Shown here in pieces: positions 12,822 to 24,897 of a DNA stretch of 64,000 bases. Each line of letters opens with the position of its first letter. Positions within the stretch are counted from its first letter, which is position 1. The stretch comes from Octopus vulgaris. Its lineage: Eukaryota. The notes below the pieces were generated by a model. It made no database searches and was not told where the DNA came from. It saw only the letters and a program-made list of their open reading frames with translations. The stretch is taken from positions 65,906,001-65,970,000 of the forward strand of contig OX597817.1 in the NCBI GenBank assembly GCA_951406725.2, in the 5' to 3' direction. A program made the position numbers and the translations under genes.

Positions 12822-13484
12822 ATACACATGCAAACATATTATGCGGACATACAAAATCTACCTGTGTCTAGCTATTTATTTCACAGTGTGAATTTAGTCG
12901 GTTTTCTTTCTACTTTCACTATCACTAAGCGCTTTTTTTGCTTCTCCATCCCCATATCTTCCTGTTTCCATTTTCCTCACTTTTCATCTTGTTCCAACTG
13001 CTCAGCTTTTCGCTGTTTTCTCCAAACCTCTCTCCCTCCCAGTCGCCCGGTCTCCCTATTTCCCTATATTTATGTGTTCTTCTAACATCTCAACTGTTGC
13101 GTCTCCACCCTGTTCATTCATCTCGGTGTGTAAAATCATTCCTTTTCATGATTTTATCAGTTCATTAAACATAATAACAATAACGGTATCAACACGTGGA
13201 ATTTAGTCATACATTCAAACCAAATACAAATGTGTGTATGTGCGTGTGTGTGTGTGTGTGTGTGTGTTTGTGTGTGTGTGCGTGTGCGTGTGTGTTTGTG
13301 TCTGTGTGTATCTGTGTCTGTGTCTTTGTGTGTGAATGTATGTATCCATATATATGTGTATATTTGTGTATTTCTGTGTGTGTGTTCTGTTTTCATTATT
13401 AGAAATCCTCCTCTGAGGAAGGAGCTCGTTTCTAACAAAGATACAAAGCTCAATCGCTGGAATGTAAAACAACAAAAACAATGT

Positions 13485-14220
13485 GACATTTTAAACTTGA
13501 GAAAAGTCTTGCATATTTTTACTGTTCCATTTACAAACAAGTTGTGTTTTTAATGTGCAAGTTAGTTGGTTGATTTCTTTTTCTGAAAATCCTGGCTTAT
13601 CCAGATTATCACTTAAGCATTTATTCACAAAACCAAGAGCACCAATTATTATTGGTATTAATGTGAAATTATAATCTGGATATAGAAGCTGGAAGTTTCG
13701 AAGCAGTTGTACATAGTCATCGTCTTTATCTTCGGTTTGAGATATTCACATCAGCAGGACAGCTGACGTCTATGACGGTGTATACATTTTCTTGCCCGTC
13801 CCAAACAACAATATCCGGCCTGTTATGTTTACACTTAACAGATATTTTGATGGGAAAGTTCCACCAACATTCCTTGTGTTGATGTTTGTGTATGCACTCA
13901 ATAAAAGGTAACTCTCTATATTTATTTCAGAACAGTATTTTTTCCGAATGACATTGAATATTGTTTTTAAGACAACGTCGTGTCGTACTGGGAAAGCTGC
14001 TTATCTCATATGTAATATCTTCCACAGAAATATGACATAATTTTCATTTTCGGTTGCATCTTAAAGCTCCGGGGGCTTCACTGTCTTTTTTGTTTATTAG
14101 GTATTTTGTAGCAATCTCGTGTCCTGAATTGCTAATGCATAACCTTCGACGTGTGATGTTATGTAGCGGTCTCGAGTCTAAGGAAAGCTTCGTTCATGTC
14201 AATATTACTCTCTTCATGAA
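13485..14220 (-). mobile_element. R4/Dong-like LINE REL endonuclease fragment (distinct subfamily)
   Basis: CWWNFPIKISVKCKHNRPDIVVWD...VIDVSCPADVNIS...LIPIIIGALGFV...GTVKICKTFLKF. Confidence 0.8.
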
Positions 14221-14612
14221 TTTTTTTTAATGTTTATTACACTGTATGGATTTACTCATTTTGCTTGCTTTTTCACTATCTCTAAGTGTCTGTCTGTCTG
14301 TCAGTATGTATGTATGTATGCATTCATTTATTCATTTATTTGCTGGGGCATTTTTTATTTTTTTTTTATTTCGTTTTAGAGAGCAGAGTTAATTTTATCC
14401 AGTACACATTTTCCTGCTGTTTACAAATTTCTGTTGCCTCAATTTAAAGAAAAGATAGATAATAATTTTTAAAAATCAATGAAAAATTAACTTGCCAGAA
14501 AATGTAATAAAATAGGCATACAGACAATCGAAAGCTTATATACATGCTTACACAAATGCACATACGTATATGTAAATATACACACTTACACACACACACA
14601 CACACACGCCTA

Positions 14613-15727
14613 TACTGGGTTTGAACAAAAGTTTATGTCGTTTTTTGATTCAATTGGAAGCGTTTGAAGACATTATATCATTTCTCATATGACATATATA
14701 TATATTTTCTGAAAGGTGACATTTCAACACGCCTGTGTGGATAGTTTATTTCGATTGCTTCTACATTAAAAGTGAAAATGGATGAAAATGAGATACATTT
14801 TCTTCATTTGATACTCTTTTATTTCCGAAAAGGAAAACAAAAACGCTGTAAATACGACAAAAATATCTTCTGTTTATGGATATGGTGACATAGCTGAGAA
14901 GATTGTTCATTGACAGTTCGCTAGGCTTAGAAAAGAAAGTTCTGATTTAGAAGACTATGATGTGAATATTCCGAGAGGCCTAGAGTCGTTGATAATGAGC
15001 AAATTGAAACGCTAATCAAAAATAATCCAGGTTATACGACATGAGATACACCACATATCTCATGTGTGTTATGAGGAATTTAAGAACACTTCTATGCGTG
15101 AATCATTATGATGCTTGGGTGCCTCGTAAATTAACTGAAAAAAGTTTAATGAACCGCATTCCCATCTACGACAAAACAACTCATTTTTCTAAAAAGAATA
15201 ATCATGAAAAATGGATCGTTTACAATGGGAAACATAAAAGGTTCTGAAGAAAACGAAATAATCATTTCAAAAGCCAGTCAGCATCTGAAATAGGTGATAC
15301 TTGGAATCTGGTGGGACTGGAAGGACATTGTATGTTACGAGTTCCTACTGCAAAATAAGATGTTGAATTCAGGCAATTATTGTTCCTAGGTAAACAGATT
15401 AAAGGAGAAAATCAATAGAGAACGTCCAGAACTGGCCAATCGAAAGGATGTCATATTCTTTCAGGACAACTCTACACCTCGTATTCGTTGCAAACCCGGT
15501 AAAAATTGGTACAACTTGGTTGGATGTTCTTCCACACCCGCTGTACTCACCTCACTTTACACCCTCGGATTACCATTTATTTCGATCCCGACAAAATTCT
15601 CTTAATAAGAAGAACTTCAATTCTTTGAAAGTCTGTAAAAACCACTTAGATCAGTTCATGGTCCAGAAAATACCAAGTTCTAGGAGAATCGGATCATGAA
15701 TTTGTCTCAAAAATGGCGAAAGGCAGT
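14613..15727 (+). mobile_element. Mariner element, degenerate, 3' end lost in microsatellite
   Basis: MDENEIHFLHLILFYFRKGK, WVPRKLTEK, HPLYSPHFTPSDYHLFRS (YSPDLAPSDY motif); multiple stops. Confidence 0.9.
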
Positions 15728-15788
15728 GTGTGTGTGTGTATTATGTGTGTATGTGTGCTGCGTGTGCGCGCGTGTGTATGTGTGTGCA

Positions 15789-15824
<36 letters not shown>

Positions 15825-15952
15825 CATATTTACATACATATATATATACATAACAATTTAATAAATAAAATATATGCATACATACATACATATATGTACG
15901 TACCTACATCTATATGTATATATATACATGCATATATATATATATATATATA

Positions 15953-16560
15953 TGAGTACAGGACACCACAAATAAACGTAGAACACAACGAGAAACGAAA
16001 ACATAAAAACAAACTAGGAAACGGACTTTTTTAACAACGAAAAAAACAAGACAAACAATACAAGGAATATTCCCCTTCATCAGCTGTCCCTGGTTCGACT
16101 CAATGCTTGTTTCGAAGGTAAGGACAGAACACGATCAGGCCGAAGCAGTCCTTCCTGCAAAATGAATTAAATAAAATTATTTGGCAGAGTGGTAAAACAA
16201 GGAAAGAAAAAAAGTGACAAGAACAGGACGTAAAAGCAATACAAATAAAAATACAGTATACATAAAGAATAAAAACAGGACAATGAAACCAAAATTGAGG
16301 GCTTTCTTTAACCCTAGACGATGGAAAAATTCGGAGCGCAATTTAGAATCGACTTTCTAGAGACAGAAAATGTCGGTGTTGACTTGTAGAAAGCTACGAG
16401 CAAAAGAAAGCTAGTAGTCCACTCAGCAGTGAGAGAGTTGAGGAGGAGTGAGAGATAGAGAGGAAAGGAAACCAGAAAGGGTGAAAAATAAGAAGGAAAG
16501 AGACAAGCAGAGAGGAAGACAGACACGAAAGAAGGAAGGTCAAGTAAAGGGTTAGAGAGT
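15953..16560 (-). mobile_element. PLE 3' end plus pLTR (rearranged second copy 18829-19207)
   Basis: Decayed ORF tail (KLRSEFFHRLGLKKALNF) followed by a repeat carrying a hammerhead core; block 15953-16170 repeated at 18829-19052 and block 16195-16348 inverted at 19053-19208. Confidence 0.55.
16072..16133 (-). ncRNA. Candidate non-canonically permuted hammerhead ribozyme, copy 1
   Basis: CGUGU-U^CUGUCCUU-A-CCUUC-GAA-ACAAG-(14 nt)-AGGGACAG-CUGAUGA-A-GGGG; one mismatch in helix III. Confidence 0.55.
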
Positions 16561-16712
16561 TCGTCATAATTAATATATAAAAAACTTACTTGGAGGAAAG
16601 AAACGAAACGACGCGAGGGCGCTCTGTCTTATATAATAACAATTTAATAAATAAAATATATGCATACATACATACATATATGTACGTACCTACATCTATA
16701 TGTATATATACA

Positions 16713-16778
<66 letters not shown>

Positions 16779-16853
16779 GTTACAGGACACCACAATAAAC
16801 ATAGAACACAACGAGAAACGAAAACATAAAAACAAACTAGGAAACGAACGTTT

Positions 16854-17220
16854 TGGCCATCAGAAAAACGCTATGAAAAAAATACTGTTATATAAAGGGA
16901 AATTACTGTGTTATAATTCTGCTCGCGAACCCACGTGCGTACTTATACGTCACTATGAAAACGTACACATCTACACTCGCATTTTTCGACAAATATATAC
17001 AAACTCATACACACACACATGCGTACCGTAAAAGTTCATATACGCACAAGCACAAGAAAAACCATGGTTAAAGGTAACAGAAAAAAACATAAGGAAGTAT
17101 ACAAAGCATAAAAACCACGTTCATATACGGACATGCCCCTATGCACTCATACACACACACGTCCATATATGTACATACACGCACATATTTATATACGCAT
17201 ACATACACACGCATACACAA
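16854..17220 (-). repeat. Inverted copy of the Naiad-like PLE 3' repeat (18276-18641)
   Basis: About 365 bp near-identical reverse complement; inverted 5' pLTRs are typical of PLE insertions. Confidence 0.9.
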
Positions 17221-17221
17221 G

Positions 17222-18815
17222 CCTTATTATAAGGCTTTAAAAGATAGTGGTTTTAGCGAAAAAATAAAATATACACCTGTTACTGGCCCAAACAGTAAAG
17301 AAGAGGAAAAATAGAAATAGGAAGATCATCTGGTTTACACCCCTTACTCACCCGAGATTACCTTCAATATAGGTAAATATTTCTTAACACTGATAGATAG
17401 ACATTTTCCAGTTAACCATACTTATAGGAAACTCTTCAATAAGCACAATTTAAAAATTACTTTTAGTTCTACTACCAATTTTAAAAATATAATCACACAT
17501 AACACACAAAAACCACAACAAGAAAACAGCTGTTCATGCAAGAATAAAAAATTGTGCCCGCTAAATGGAGCTTGCATGTCCGAGACCATCATCTATGAAG
17601 CTACCGTGGACTCTATAACCACTAAAGACACCGTTTCGACGAAGAAATACGTGGGCCTTACAGAGGGTAATTTCAAGGCCAGGTTCAATAACCACACCTT
17701 GTGTTTTAGGCACTGGAATAAAAGAAAAGCGACAAAATTATCTAATCATATTTGGTCTTTAAAAGATAAAGGTGTCGATTATAACATCCATTGGAAGTTT
17801 TTGGCCAAATGTAAGCCCTACACCAACGGCAGCGGAAGGTGCGGTCTATGCGACATGGAGAGATGACTTATCTGGAAAAGCAGCTTAGACCCTACTACAT
17901 GTCTAAACGGATCATGCCCATATGTGACTACATTTTTGTTACGTTTTTGGTCCCCTAAAGAAAACAGATAGAACTTGCTTTCTATATTATGTCCCAAAAA
18001 GTTTTTTATCTCATTATACCTTTTATTATTTCATATATATTTTTATATTTTCACACATATTAATTTTTTCTGTACTTTTCTATCCTGCATTTTTTCCTGT
18101 GCCTATATAGATGTGTATATAGATTCATTTGTACACGTGTGTGAATATGTATGAGTGGGCAGTTTTAGATGTGTGCGTGTGTGCGGGCATAAGAATGCAC
18201 ATATATATATAGACGTTTTTACTTAGTATTTTTCCAATTTTTTTTTGTGGGGGGGGACATATGTATATTCATTTTTTGTATATGCGTGTGTATGTATGCG
18301 TATATAAATATGTACGTGTATGTACATATATGGGCGTGTGTGTGTATGAGTGCATAGGGGCATGTCCGTATATGAACGTGGTTTTTATGCTTTGTATACT
18401 TCCTTATGTGTTTTTCTGTTACCTTTAACCATGGTTTTTCTTGTGCTTGTGCGTATATGAACTTTTACGGTACGCATGTGTGTGTGTGTGAGTTTGTATA
18501 TATTTGTCGGAAAATGCGAGTGAAGATGTGTACGTTTTCATAGTGACGTATAAGTACGCACGTGGGTTCGCGAGCAGAATTATAACACAGTAATTTCCCT
18601 TTATATAACGGTATTTTTTCATAGCGTTTTTCAGATGGCCAGATAACCGAAGAGATGGTGTTGTGGATTCCCACTTCGGCATCTGAAACTCAGAGTTTTA
18701 TCTTGACTATTGAGTAAATGTAACATATTATTTTATAGATAAATTTCCTCTATTTACATAATATTGAGGTGTCTTTCTTTTTTTTTTTTTTTTGTTATCT
18801 TACCGTTTTTACAAA
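17222..18815 (+). mobile_element. 5'-truncated Penelope-like element (Naiad-like): RT thumb, GIY-YIG endonuclease, 3' pLTR
   Basis: RKIIWF..PYS..IGKYFLTLIDRHFP, CSCKNKKLCPLNGACMSETIIYEATV...KKYVGLTEGNFKARFNNH...LSNHIWSLK...RCGLCDME; small frameshifts and a TGA at 17864. Confidence 0.88.
18641..18703 (+). ncRNA. Variant type I hammerhead ribozyme (U4C core)
   Basis: AGAUAA-CCGAAGA-GAUG..CAUC-U-GAAA-CUCAGAG-UU^UUAUCU; in the pLTR downstream of the GIY-YIG ORF. Confidence 0.6.
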
Positions 18816-18953
18816 TATATATATATATGAGTACAGGACACCGCAAATAAACGTAGAACACAACGAGAAACGAAAACATAAAAACAAACTAGGAAACGGA
18901 CTTTTTTTAACAACGAAAAAACAGAGTACAAGACAAACAATACAAGGAATATT

Positions 18954-19015
18954 CCCCTTCATCAGCTGTCCCTGGATCAACTCAATGCGTGTTTCGAAGG
19001 TAAGGACAGAACACG
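18954..19015 (-). ncRNA. Candidate non-canonically permuted hammerhead ribozyme, copy 2
   Basis: CGUGU-U^CUGUCCUU-A-CCUUC-GAA-ACACG-(14 nt)-AGGGACAG-CUGAUGA-A-GGGG; helix III 5 bp, helix I 8 bp, helix II 4 bp with two G-U. Confidence 0.62.
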
Positions 19016-19340
19016 ATCCGGTCGAAGCAGTCCTTCCTGCAAAATGAATTAAATTCTAAATTGCGCTCCGAATGTCTCCATCGTCTAGGCCTAAAGAAAG
19101 CTTTAAATGTTGGTTTCATTGTCCTGTTTTTATTATTTATGTGTACTGTATTTTTATTTGTATTGCTTTTACGTCCTGTTCTTGTCACTTTCTTTCTTTC
19201 TTTGTTTTACTCCTCTGAGTGAAGATGTGTACGTTTTCATAGTGACGTATAAGTACGCACGTGGGTTCTCGAGCAGAATTATAACACAGTAATTTCCCTT
19301 TATATAACGGTTTTTTTTTCATAGTGTTTTTCAGATGGCC

Positions 19341-19403
19341 AGATAACCGAAGAGATGGTGTTGTGGATTTCCACTTCGGCATCTGAAACTCAGAGTTTTA
19401 TCT
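19341..19403 (+). ncRNA. Second copy of the variant type I HHR, within partial pLTR 19216-19432
   Basis: Identical to 18641-18703 except one base at the helix II tip. Confidence 0.6.
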
Positions 19404-19427
19404 TGACTATTGAGTAAATGTAACATA

Positions 19428-19469
<42 letters not shown>

Positions 19470-19476
<7 letters not shown>

Positions 19477-19606
19477 TGTATATATACATATAGATGTAGG
19501 TACGAACATATATGTATGTATGTATGCATATATTTTATTTATTAAATTGTTATTATATGACTGAGCGCCCTCGCGTCGTTTCGTTTCTTTCCTCCAAGTA
19601 AGTTTT

Positions 19607-19610
<4 letters not shown>
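19470..19610 (-). repeat. Inverted copy of about 16575-16718
   Basis: gagcgccctcgcgtcgtttcgtttctttcctccaagtaag is the reverse complement of 16585-16624; part also present directly at about 15850-15935. Confidence 0.9.
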
Positions 19611-19687
<77 letters not shown>

Positions 19688-19692
<5 letters not shown>

Positions 19693-19879
19693 CCTTGGAT
19701 GGAATTCATAAACATTTAATGCATTACTACGCGCGTTTCCACAAGTCACATGTCTCTTAAGATCATAGTTCGTATCCCAGGGATGATTACAGTGCAGACC
19801 GTCGTATCCGTGGACATCGGATTGATCATCTTCATGGATTCATTTCCTTAGGTGTTTATGAATGCCATCCAAAGATTAT
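19688..19879. mobile_element. About 190-bp element with about 30-bp terminal inverted repeats
   Basis: ataatccttggatggaattcataaacattta versus reverse complement ataatctttggatggcattcataaacaccta. Confidence 0.7.
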
Positions 19880-20422
19880 TGTTATTATTATTATATTTAT
19901 CCTATATTATATCGGTACGGCTCGATGCAACCTCACAAAAACTGGTTCACCACTCAGCATCGTATGAGTGTGGCCGGCATAATGGAATAGGAGCTTTATT
20001 TGCATATTCAAAACGTTTCCCATAAGCAAATTTAAAAGATACATTATACGTGTGTGTGTGTGTGTGTGTGTGAGTGTGTGTGTGTGTGTGTGTATTGCAC
20101 ATATGACTGCTCTTCAGAGGAGACGTATCCTGATTTTCTCAATCCGCAACATAGATCAGCTGCTATATAAATTAGGTTGATCGCCTAATTTGCATATTTG
20201 TGTATTTAATGGCTTTACGTCCACAACACAGCATAAATCAGAAGAAATTAAATAAATTTAAACATCACAAAACTTCACGGTGGATTAAGCAAGTATGTGA
20301 ACACGTTTGTCTATGTTTCTGATGTACGAGGTTAGATGTTGGACCGTTTCATGGTTTGTTGACCACTCATGCACACATATACATACATAAAGACACACAC
20401 GCGCGCTCGCACACACACGCAT

Positions 20423-20453
<31 letters not shown>

Positions 20454-20889
20454 TACAAGAACAGAGTCAACGTGCTTAATACATGTAGTAGACTGAAGTA
20501 CATTTAATGATATAATTCGTTTGTTGTTTTTGCTTTTATTGTTATTGCTTATACCGAAATCAACCCTGAGCGTGCAAACTTATGATGAACGGTTTTTCAG
20601 CGGTAACCATCGTGTGTTTTTTTTTCTGTGAAGGAAACACAAGACAACATTATCCATTTTATATATATTTTTCTATCGTGAATTGCATCTTAAGATGAAG
20701 TAGAGTTTCTTCATTGGTTTTAATCTTATCGTAATAATGCATCGTGACTTAAAATTTCATAATGAGGTTTGCTGAACGTATAGAAATCCACAGACGAATA
20801 AAAAAATTAAACATGAAAAACCTAAATTAAACGAGGTTTAAATGTACATGTACATATAAAAGAATGGTTCTTTCAATTAGTCATACAGT

Positions 20890-21283
20890 CTAATTGTCCT
20901 TGGCAAATATTTAAAGACTGCTCCAATCTGAAATGATTAATCCACACTGCAGATATCACCTCAACCAAATCAAAACATCAAGCATAAGCTCTATATAGGC
21001 AAGTTAGAAAATAGTTTACACAAGGTAACTTCAATCATATTTCTTCCTTCTGAAATACAGAAAAGGGTAATGCAGGCAAAGGAATCAGATCATTTAAAAC
21101 AATATTCTACTGCTTTCGACATCAAAAGGAAGATCTTAAAGATATGTAGATTATACATGAGTTGTGGGTTATGCATAGCTAAAAAGCGCTCATACTCGAT
21201 AACCTTAATAAATCTGCTGACAGTTTAAATGCCAGATGTGAATTCTTCATCAAATGTCGCCGCTTTGAGAAGAAATCATTGTA
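20890..21283 (+). mobile_element. Old Naiad-like PLE GIY-YIG remnant
   Basis: KLYIGK, FNHISSF, FDIKRKILK, CGLCIAKK, LNARCEFFIKCRR in broken frames. Confidence 0.6.
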
Positions 21284-21562
21284 ACTATAGAAATTATACT
21301 ATCAAATGATTGAATTGATCAATTCTTATTTATTTACCAAGAGTAATCAAATTCTTTTAGCTTCCCTCCTCAATATTAAAACACTACAAGTCATATTCGA
21401 TCTCCGAATTACTTGTAAATTATAACATCAATAACTACCGATAAAGTTGATATACTATACAAACACTGTTAACGGTGTAAATGGTACCTAATTTTGATGG
21501 TGTAAATGGTACCTAATTTTATAATTTCTACTTATTTATTTTCGTAATTACAATCATATTGC

Positions 21563-22223
21563 AATATATTTTATAACCAAGGCGGCGAGCTGGCAGAAAC
21601 GTTAGCACGCCGGGCGAAATGCGTATCCGTATTTCGTCTGCCGTTACGTTCTGAGTTCAAATTCCGACGAGGTCGACTTTGCCTTTCATCCTTTCAGGGT
21701 CGTTAAATTAAGTACCAGTTACGCACTGGGGTCGATGTAATCGACTTAATCCGTTTGTCTGTCCTTGTTTGTTCCCTCTATGTTTAGCCCCTTGTGGGTA
21801 GTAAAGAAATAGGTATTTCGTCTTTCTATTCGTTTTGAGTACAAATTCCGCCGAGGTCGACTTTGCCTTTTATCCTTTCGGGGTCGATAAATTAAGTACC
21901 AGTTGCGTATTGAGGTCGATCTAATCGACTGGCCCCCTCCCCCAAAACTTCAGGCCTTGTGCTTAGAGTAGAAAAGAATATATTTTATAACCAAGGCGGC
22001 GAGCTGACAGAAATGTTAGCACGCCAGGCGAAATGCTTAGCGGTATTTCGTCTCTCTATACGTTTTGAGTTCAAATTCCGCTGAGGTCGACTTTGCCTTT
22101 CATCCTTTCGGGGGCGATGGATTAAGTACCAGTTGCGTACTGGGGTCGATCCAATCGACTGGTCCCCTCCCCTAAAATTTCAGGCTTTGTGCCTCGAACA
22201 GAAAAGAATATATTTTATAACCA
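21563..22223 (+). mobile_element. Octopus-type tRNA-derived SINE cluster (dimer plus monomer) with triplicated target site
   Basis: ggcggcgagctggcagaa..gagttcaaattcc heads at 21581 and 21995; aatatattttataacca at 21563, 21977 and 22207. Confidence 0.9.
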
Positions 22224-23800
22224 TCCCAAAGTTAGTGAAACTTCATAAATCCTTCCATATAAATTTAAACATCATTGTACTTACTGATACCGATTCATTC
22301 ACTAATAACGATTCATAAATGATATTCAAGTAAGATTTTTAGTTTACATTTATTCGATGTTTATTCACTAAACTTGAATAGGAAATTTTCAGCGGCACAT
22401 ATATTTGTATATTCAAAAGATACATATGTGCAATCTCAAGGTGTACAAACATACAAACCATATTACATGCACACTTACACATTCAAACATATATATAATA
22501 AAGATGGAAAGTGAGAATAAATACATACATATACATTTAAAACTGCAATAAGACAAATATGTTCTGAAACAGGAATCTATGTATACACATTCATCACGCT
22601 CATGCGTACTCATAACTACTTAATTTATATGTCTATATACACATGTAATAATTGTGTATGCATACACACACGTGTGTGTGTGTGTTTGATTGTGTATATA
22701 TACATATGTATATTGTTTACGTCATAAGAACTTAGAAAGTTCGAGTATCGGAAACGATACAACTCGGAGTAGATTAAGGCTATAAATAATAGCATGTAAT
22801 AACTGAGTTTTAAAAAAAACATTTGGACAGAAAAAGTTCATGGCTTCCCTTGAGGCTCGAAGTCACATCTTCTGTGAAGATGATAGACGTTCTACCATTA
22901 GCTCAAAGAAATACTTCGAAGTTCTCTGTTCGTCGTGAAGTGTTTCCTTGGCAATGATGGATGACCTGAGTTAATTGCTTAGTCCTCTCTGGACCTTTGC
23001 TCACTCCTACTTGCTAGCCCACTAGCACTCTCTTCGATCGGCTGACGTGTTTGCTGATGTTGTATCCCCGCTTGCAAGGGACAGGTATTTGTGGAGTATT
23101 CAGGTTACCAAGCAAGCCATGTAAAACTAGTTCCAGAATAACTTATCCTCCATGTTGCCTGTACGATAAACCTAATCTGAATTAGTTTCAGTCAATTATC
23201 ATTTAGAAAATTCCAGAAGGGAGTTTTCCAGTCACGTCTTTATCGGCTGAATGATCAAACCCAGATGAGAGAATTACTGAGCAGCAGCATTGCCCTGAGT
23301 ATTTGTAAACAGCAATTGCAAAAGTAGACGGCCTACGCTTATACACAGTATGGCAGCGTGTTGTTACTGTAGACAAAATTCTTTTACGATCACGCTGCCA
23401 TGGGGAATCCTTTAGTAAGTATCGAACTATACTTCCCCTGCACGAGCTCAAAATTCCTGTCGGCAGCAAGCACAGTCACACAAACAGCCGTCAGTCCTGG
23501 ACGTGTGCATCAACGAATATTGAAGATTTTCTGGTAACGCTTATGCAAAAATCATAATATAAAATCAACAATCAGAGTAATCTTGGCTTCATTTTGCTTT
23601 GTCTTTTCGAATATTGTTTTATTTAAATTTATTTTAAGTTAATAAATATTTTTCTTTCTTGAAATTAGTATTCACTTCATCGTTTTGTATAAGCACAAAG
23701 AAATTTGATAAATGTTAAACTATAATTATTGTATGCAAACCATGTTTCTTGATACTACCCACAGTGGGAAACGTATACTTCCGAAAAGTAACACCCTAGA

Positions 23801-23900
<100 letters not shown>

Positions 23901-23929
23901 GTATATATACACGCGCACGCACGCACACG

Positions 23930-23980
<51 letters not shown>

Positions 23981-24897
23981 TACTAACACCAATAATCATT
24001 CTTTAATGTTTTAATTAGTTTTCATAGACAACTGGAAGCACTTCCAACGATGTCATTCTTTTATTGATATCAATTATTGATCCTACACTTAAAAGCTTCA
24101 TTTTTAACTGACATACAAACTTATTTGAAGTGACAGACCTGAGCATGCTGACACACTGACACGCACGTGCAAACATTCATTCACATATACACATACATAT
24201 ACACAAAAAAATAAATACATACGTGGTTGTAATCGCATACGCATTTGCACTCAATTGCAGCAATGGGCATAAATGTTCCTCATACAGACATAATAATTAA
24301 ATAATCCACGTTGTCGGTGCATGCTTTTATGCAAACTAAACTGACAGGTTAACCTTTGTTCAAGTTTGTATACACTATTAATAGTAATAATCTACTAATA
24401 TATCCGCAAAGAAAATATGGACATTATAACATGATGAAAGGCTAAGGAGACCAGAGGCCATTCAGATCGATCCCACATTTTTTGCACACAGAGAGATAAA
24501 ATCTATGGTGCAAATTTATCTATTTTACATGGCAAGGCTCGTATTGCTAGAAAAGCTGTCCACTGGGAGGAGCGTTCTACTTTTATACGACAGTGGTTTA
24601 TAGGGCTATTCTCATTTCATCTGAAGGATTTCAAAGAATTACAGGTTTCAAAACAAACGTAAAAATTGTAACCGCTTTGGTTGTTTGATCGTCGGCATTT
24701 GAAACTTCAGATCTGGTTTTACGTTTATGAAACTTCAAATAATACAGATATAAGCTACAAAACTTAAAAACTGTTAATAAGAATATAAAAGAAATGTACT
24801 TCTGTTTATATATGTGTGTATGTGTTGTGTATACACACACACACACGCACACGCACACACGCGCGCGCGCGCACACACACACATACACACACACATA

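Noticed and set aside
16072-16118. Reading the permuted motif as an ordinary type II or type III hammerhead
   Set aside because: Type II using the internal GUC gives no helix I (gaacc versus gacag); type III lacks GAAA after the GGAAUAUUCC hairpin.
17864-17866. In-frame TGA as selenocysteine (some Naiad PLEs encode selenoproteins)
   Set aside because: The TGA follows CGLCDMER and does not replace a conserved Cys; the copy has other lesions; no SECIS recognised.
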